Under the pieces are notes generated by a model. The model had not been told where the DNA came from, ran no database searches, and saw nothing but the letters and a program-made list of their open reading frames with translations. Below, in pieces: positions 54,661 through 59,852 of a stretch of DNA of 59,852 nt. The stretch lies in IMG/VR virus record IMGVR_UViG_3300008107_000220, positions 1 to 59,852 of that record. The stretch is one strand, 5' to 3'. Position 1 is the stretch's first letter. The number at the start of each line of letters is the position of its first letter. Source of the stretch: a virus (taxonomy: Duplodnaviria > Caudoviricetes). A program made the translations under genes and the position numbers.

Positions 54661-56396
54661 GCTGTATATGATCCTGATGTTGTATATCTTAAAATTGTTC
54701 TAGTGCCAGAAGTTGTAACTGTAGGAGTTCCTGTTGTTGTACCCGTATAAAATTCAGTTGGTATTGAAAGAATAACAACGCCAGATCCACCAGTTCCAGC
54801 TCCACCACCTCCCCCACCAGTATTTGCTGTAGCCGAAACACCACATCCTCCACCTCCTCCAGATCCACCTGTACCAGTACCTGTTGGATAATTATATGCA
54901 CATGCGCCGCCGCCGCCGCCATAATATACAGAAGATCCTGTTATTGAAGAAAGAAGACCTATTCCCCCAGCCCCAGATCCACTTCCAGACGCATTTCCTC
55001 CTGATGCTGCAGCACCTCCTCCTCCGCCGCCAGCATTACCACCAGCAACATAACCAGATCCACCAGGATTTCCTTGACCAGATGTTCCAGATCCAGCTCC
55101 TCCAGTTCCATTTGAACCTCCCCCAGATCCTCCTGAAGTTCCACCACTACCACTATTATAAGATTGATTACTGCCACCGCCGCCGCCACCTAGTGCGACA
55201 GATACTCCGGTTAAAGTACTATTTCCACCTGTAGATCCAGGTGAATACCCACCTCCTCCAGAAGCTCCCCCACCACCAACAGTAATTGAATATACTTGTC
55301 CACTAGTTAATGTCATTGATCCAGTAATCACTCCACCTGCGCCGCCGCCGCCGCCAGAGTTATATCCACCACCACCACCGCCAGCAACAACTATATAATT
55401 TGCGGTATTGAGTAGTGGTTGCATTGAAACCCAACTCGTACCAGTATAAACCTGTAAAGATGAAGTAGTTGTATTATAAATTACAGTTCCAGTAGCAACA
55501 CTACTCAAAGCATCCCTTTGTGCTGTAGTAAAGTCACCCAATCCTAATCTATGTTGATTACCAATTTGAATAACATTCGTTGAATCATTAAAAGTAAATC
55601 CAGCATCACCAGAAGTTACATTAGATCCATTCTTATAAACAACTTGGTTCGCTGTGCCACCAACAGTGGCACCAGAAGCACCTTGTGCTCCAGTTCCTCC
55701 GGCAGTTCCTTGAGAACCAGTGGCACCTTGAATTCCAGTAGTGCCTTGTGTTCCTGTAGTTCCTTGAGCGCCTGTTGTTCCTTGTATGCCTTGTCTTCCC
55801 TGAATTCCTTGAATTCCTTGAACTCCTTGTGTACCAGTAGTTCCCTGAGCACCGGTGATTCCCTGAGCACCGGTGATTCCTTGTGTACCTGTAGCACCTT
55901 GTGCTCCAGTTGTACCTTGAGTTCCTGTTGCTCCTTGAGTACCTAAAGTTCCATTGAATCCTTGAGCACCGGTGACACCCTGAACTCCTTGCGTTCCCTG
56001 AGTACCAAAAGTTCCTTGTGTACCTTGAATACCCTGGACACCTTGTGTACCCTGAATACCCTGGACACCTTGCGTTCCCTGAACCCCTTGTCTCCCCTGA
56101 ATACCTTGTACACCCTGTAAAGCAGCAGTCGCAATGGGAATCCAACTGACTCCAATACCAGTTGAAATTAGAACTGAAGAACCAGTACCTACATTATTAT
56201 AAGTATCATACAGAGCCCCAATCAACTTAAGTGCTGGAATTGTTGAAATACCAGTATGGTCAGTGACTGTTAAACTTTTTGCCTCAACACCACTGGAATG
56301 AATTCTGGTAGATCCTACCTGATACTCTGTGGCCGTAATTGTGACCGCAGTTCCTACATTTATCCCGTTCTTAACTCTAAAATTCTGTTCCGGCAC
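54657..56396 (-). CDS. collagen-like plus glycine-rich adhesin fibre protein
   Basis: GTG start; NFRVKNG N-terminus; about 50 G-X-(Q/T) triplets; polyglycine domain. Confidence 0.85.
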   Translation of the reverse strand: MPEQNFRVKNGINVGTAVTITATEYQVGSTRIHSSGVEAKSLTVTDHTGISTIPALKLIGALYDTYNNVGTGSSVLISTGIGVSWIPIATAALQGVQGIQGRQGVQGTQGVQGIQGTQGVQGIQGTQGTFGTQGTQGVQGVTGAQGFNGTLGTQGATGTQGTTGAQGATGTQGITGAQGITGAQGTTGTQGVQGIQGIQGRQGIQGTTGAQGTTGTQGTTGIQGATGSQGTAGGTGAQGASGATVGGTANQVVYKNGSNVTSGDAGFTFNDSTNVIQIGNQHRLGLGDFTTAQRDALSSVATGTVIYNTTTSSLQVYTGTSWVSMQPLLNTANYIVVAGGGGGGYNSGGGGGAGGVITGSMTLTSGQVYSITVGGGGASGGGGYSPGSTGGNSTLTGVSVALGGGGGGSNQSYNSGSGGTSGGSGGGSNGTGGAGSGTSGQGNPGGSGYVAGGNAGGGGGGAAASGGNASGSGSGAGGIGLLSSITGSSVYYGGGGGACAYNYPTGTGTGGSGGGGGCGVSATANTGGGGGGAGTGGSGVVILSIPTEFYTGTTTGTPTVTTSGTRTILRYTTSGSYTA

Positions 56397-56431
56397 AGGT
56401 TCACTATCCCCCGTTGGTTTTTAGGTATTTA

Positions 56432-59400
56432 TCAAACTTTAATCGCATTAAATGTAACCTTAAAGGTTGTAGCAGAAGCACTTGATGGTGTAGCAAGCAA
56501 TCTGATCTTGCCACCTGATACATCTACATCATAAGTTGAGACTCCAACATTATTAAAGATTGATCCATACTCCGTATGATAAGCAGTGGATCCATCATGA
56601 ATAGCAAGAAGCTTCTTAGTATGGAAGTTAGTTCCCTGAGTTGCCTGGATTGTGTACTCTACAGAACGATAAGTCGCTATTGCCAGAGCGGAGTGAATAC
56701 CAACCGGAGAAGTGGATGATGTTGTAAATATCGTGGTTCCATAAGATACATTACCATCAATAGAGAGTTGACCGTTGACTTGCAACTTCTCTGTTGGATT
56801 TGTGGTTCCTACTCCAACATTACCCAGAGTATGAATTCCAGCAGAAGTTCCTACCCAGAAGTTGATATAAGCACCAGAGTTTGCGTCAACCCATTGATTT
56901 GAATCTCCATCATCATAATAAACTTTCAGAACACCAGATGTACTGTCCCACCAAAGAGTACCAGAAGATGTGACACCATATCCAGCAGGTGAAGACTCAC
57001 TGACGATTGCCAGTGCTTGTGATCCACCGTTCGCATCAATCCACTGTTGTGAATCTCCATCATTATAATAGATCTTAAGGTCTCCATTGTTACTGTCCCA
57101 CCATAGACTTCCAGCGGATGTTGAAATTCCTGGAGGTGTAGTAGAGATTGAAATGTTTGCTCCACCACCACTGATATTACCAAAGTCAACAATGATGGTG
57201 CTTCCATATCCAGTGACACTTAATCCAGTTCCAACAAAGTTAATATCAGTGAATCCAACACCAATTCTTGCCTCTGGTGTGATGAGACCTGACTGAGGAT
57301 TTGTGGCAGTGGATCCAATACCAATACCAGCAGTGAAGAGTTGTCCATTCTGATACAGATTTCCTTTAAAGAACAGATCATCACCAACATAAAGATCACC
57401 ACCTGTTGTTGTGATACCACCAGCAGAAGCAAGAGTTGTAATACCAGTGACTGATAATCCGCCACCGACAATAACATCACTACGAGCAGTAACAACTCCA
57501 ATTGAATCAACGTTGACTACATCCTCATAAGTCAGAGTACCACCGATGCTTACATTGCCGCTGAATGTCGCAGAGGTTGCGGTAAGGAATCCAGAAATAT
57601 TGACATTATCTAGTTCTGTATGACCAGTAACATCAAGACCACCATTAGAATCAATGAGTCCAGTGAATGTAGAAACACCAGATACATTCAGATTGTCTAA
57701 CTCAGTATGACCAGTAACATCAAGTCCACTACCAGCACTAATAAATCCATTAAACGTTGAAACACCAGAAACTAAGAGACTTGTAGCAGTCGCAAATCCA
57801 AGAGAAGCATTAGAGGCGCTGACAGTTCCAAAAGTTGGAGTGCTGGACAGTGTGATTGTCGCAATGTTTCCACCAGCAAATCCAGTGACTACAATGTTTG
57901 ATGTTGGAGTGCTTTGGAAATCTAGAGTTGTAATGCTTCCAGAAGTTCCAACTACAGAACCATTATCTCTAACTTCAATACCATCAAGAGTACCAGCACC
58001 AGCAGCAGTAACAGGTTGCCAACTCCATCCACCAGTACCATCAGCAACGACAACCTGATTTATGAGACCAGCGGAGTTATTGAGGTTATCATAGATGCCG
58101 CCACGAACACGAAGATCACCTAAAATGTCTAGATCATATGCTGGATTTGTGGTGCCGATGCCAACATTTGAGAATGTATGAATTCCAGCACTTGTCTTAA
58201 CCCAGTTAGAAGCAATGAACTCCTGTCCATTTTGGAAGAGAAGACCATTAAAGTTAATATCACCATTAACATCTAATAGTCTGGATGGATTAGCAGAATT
58301 GATTCCAACTCTTCCAGAATCGGTTGTGTTGATAACGGTTCCACCAATTCCAACATTCAGTCTTACTGTTGTTGTGATTCCAGAAACATAAAGTTGTGTA
58401 GCAGTGACAATACCAAGAGTCGTGATGCCACTTGAATTAATATTTGTCAGTGTGGCAGCAGTGCTTGTAAGGTTGGTAACGATTCCAGTGTTTACAAATC
58501 CATTCGTAGCCGTCAGATTTGTAAAGTTACCATTGATATAGAAGAGATTCGTACCAGAGATTGTGGTAACAACACCTGTTACAATGTTGCCAGTTCCAAG
58601 ATTGCCAGTTGTATAGGTTAAGTTAGATCCAGAGATTGTGGTAACAACACCTGTTACAATGTTGCCCGTTCCAAAATTACCAGTCGTATAAGTTACATTT
58701 GTTCCATTAAGTGTTGTAATTGTACCAACACCAGCGTTCACTTGACCATTGAATGTTGTGGCAGTAACAACACCAGCAACATTAAGATTCGTTAGAGTTC
58801 CAACAGAAGTCAGTGAAGAGTTGACAACTGTTGGTCCTAGCGTGGTTCTGTTCAGTACAGAATCAGTTCCAGTCTTAAAGTCTCCACCAGTAGTAACACC
58901 AAGACCGATTGAAGACTCTAGAGTATTCGCACTATTATTATAAGTAAAGGTCTTGACAATATTTGCCGAACCAATTCCAATACCAGCACCATCAAGAAGT
59001 AAATTAGTTCCTACAGTTGTGGCAATACCGACTCTATAATCGGCAAGTTCAATCGTTGTGGAGTTGACAACAAACTGTGTACCATCTACATAGAAGTCAC
59101 CTTTGATTCTGACTGCTCCAGTATTATCACCAACTCCAGCAGGATCAATAACAATACTTGAGGGACCAGTAATTGTATTGTTGCTGATATTGATTCCAAC
59201 TCCAGAATCACCAGTTGAGAAGTTCTGAGCATAAACAGTGCCAGTGACTGTAACACCAGTTCCAAGAGTTTCAAACTTTTTAGCATTATCATAGTAGAGA
59301 CTTACTGCTCCGTCACCAACAAAACTAGCGAAGGTTTCTGTTCCAGCAGCATTCTCAAAGAAGTGTTGACCAGATCTGTAGAAGAGAATACCAGTGTCAT

Positions 59401-59851
59401 TATCAATATATGCTGCTCCACCATCGTGGAAGATACGCATATCATCATCAGTTCCAAAGTAAGCAATGTCTCCATCACCAAGATGAATGTCACTTTGGAA
59501 TGTTGATACACCAGATACAACCAGACGAGTCGCATTTAGATTGGTAATATTTGCCGTCGTATTCTGAATCGTGGTGATCGTAGCGACACCAGTTACATTC
59601 AGTTGTGGTGTTTGTAGCGTGTTGTAAACAGTAACGCCATATCCAGTGGTCTCAAATTTTTTGATGTTGTCGTAATAAAGTTCTGCTGAACCATCTCTGT
59701 TAAAGTAAGCAGCAGTTTCTGTATCATTAACTCTTATGGCAACATCATCCCAGTTTGATATACTTAATAGTCCCTGATTATTTGTATATCCAATTCCAGC
59801 AGTAAATGCACCATCAACGACTCTGTATAGTGTGGTCGGACCGAAAGCATT
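56432..59851 (-). CDS. long tail-fibre-like protein, 5'-truncated by the window edge
   Basis: Frame stays open 137 codons upstream of the track's Met (59440) to the window end; V(S/T)G(V/I)(S/T)T repeats, VGIGTTNP motifs, two LWWDS...YY.DGDS.QW.DA domains. Confidence 0.85.
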   Translation of the reverse strand, partial: NAFGPTTLYRVVDGAFTAGIGYTNNQGLLSISNWDDVAIRVNDTETAAYFNRDGSAELYYDNIKKFETTGYGVTVYNTLQTPQLNVTGVATITTIQNTTANITNLNATRLVVSGVSTFQSDIHLGDGDIAYFGTDDDMRIFHDGGAAYIDNDTGILFYRSGQHFFENAAGTETFASFVGDGAVSLYYDNAKKFETLGTGVTVTGTVYAQNFSTGDSGVGINISNNTITGPSSIVIDPAGVGDNTGAVRIKGDFYVDGTQFVVNSTTIELADYRVGIATTVGTNLLLDGAGIGIGSANIVKTFTYNNSANTLESSIGLGVTTGGDFKTGTDSVLNRTTLGPTVVNSSLTSVGTLTNLNVAGVVTATTFNGQVNAGVGTITTLNGTNVTYTTGNFGTGNIVTGVVTTISGSNLTYTTGNLGTGNIVTGVVTTISGTNLFYINGNFTNLTATNGFVNTGIVTNLTSTAATLTNINSSGITTLGIVTATQLYVSGITTTVRLNVGIGGTVINTTDSGRVGINSANPSRLLDVNGDINFNGLLFQNGQEFIASNWVKTSAGIHTFSNVGIGTTNPAYDLDILGDLRVRGGIYDNLNNSAGLINQVVVADGTGGWSWQPVTAAGAGTLDGIEVRDNGSVVGTSGSITTLDFQSTPTSNIVVTGFAGGNIATITLSSTPTFGTVSASNASLGFATATSLLVSGVSTFNGFISAGSGLDVTGHTELDNLNVSGVSTFTGLIDSNGGLDVTGHTELDNVNISGFLTATSATFSGNVSIGGTLTYEDVVNVDSIGVVTARSDVIVGGGLSVTGITTLASAGGITTTGGDLYVGDDLFFKGNLYQNGQLFTAGIGIGSTATNPQSGLITPEARIGVGFTDINFVGTGLSVTGYGSTIIVDFGNISGGGANISISTTPPGISTSAGSLWWDSNNGDLKIYYNDGDSQQWIDANGGSQALAIVSESSPAGYGVTSSGTLWWDSTSGVLKVYYDDGDSNQWVDANSGAYINFWVGTSAGIHTLGNVGVGTTNPTEKLQVNGQLSIDGNVSYGTTIFTTSSTSPVGIHSALAIATYRSVEYTIQATQGTNFHTKKLLAIHDGSTAYHTEYGSIFNNVGVSTYDVDVSGGKIRLLATPSSASATTFKVTFNAIKV

Positions 59852-59852
59852 A

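Noticed and set aside
39907-56155. Many alternative-frame and antisense ORFs over the collagen and Gly-rich genes (e.g. 43294+, 47091+, 55633-)
   Set aside because: They are shadows of 9-bp periodic repeats lacking stops; low-complexity products without clear translation signals
35000-59852. Diversity-generating retroelement or invertase shufflon acting on the fibre genes
   Set aside because: No reverse transcriptase or recombinase in the window; cassettes are co-oriented and repeat differences are mostly synonymous rather than adenine-specific
1-59852. Stop-codon reassignment
   Set aside because: Core genes are full length in the standard code and no suppressor tRNA is present

Overview
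This is a 59.9-kb fragment of a T4-like myovirus of the cyanophage type, probably infecting a cyanobacterium (inferred from cyanophage-type gp32/gp59/gp33/phoH/thyX, DUF1825 and DUF4278 genes, an NtcA box and glnA-type riboswitches). Almost all genes are on the minus strand. In window order: small ORFs and an SF2 helicase coupled to a PD-(D/E)xK-like ORF (1-3.6 kb); two large virion/fibre genes (3.6-10.8 kb); an HNH endonuclease, three tRNAs and a Phd-like ORF (11-12.4 kb); baseplate/tail hub genes with a split gp5 carrying an RlpA-like domain (12.4-26.7 kb); a Mom-like GNAT gene and replication/transcription genes (26.7-31.8 kb); a small-peptide operon with an NtcA box and tandem glutamine-riboswitch-like aptamers, one enclosing a 50-aa ORF (32.2-33.2 kb); a ~100-nt structured transcript with its own promoter and terminator (34.8-35 kb); and a 25-kb array of reiterated collagen-like and polyglycine fibre cassettes, interleaved with six 2OG-Fe(II) oxygenases, a glyco-enzyme-like propeller and a TPR-FkbM-radical SAM fusion (35-59.9 kb). 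All product calls come from motif recognition by eye; no database searches were run.
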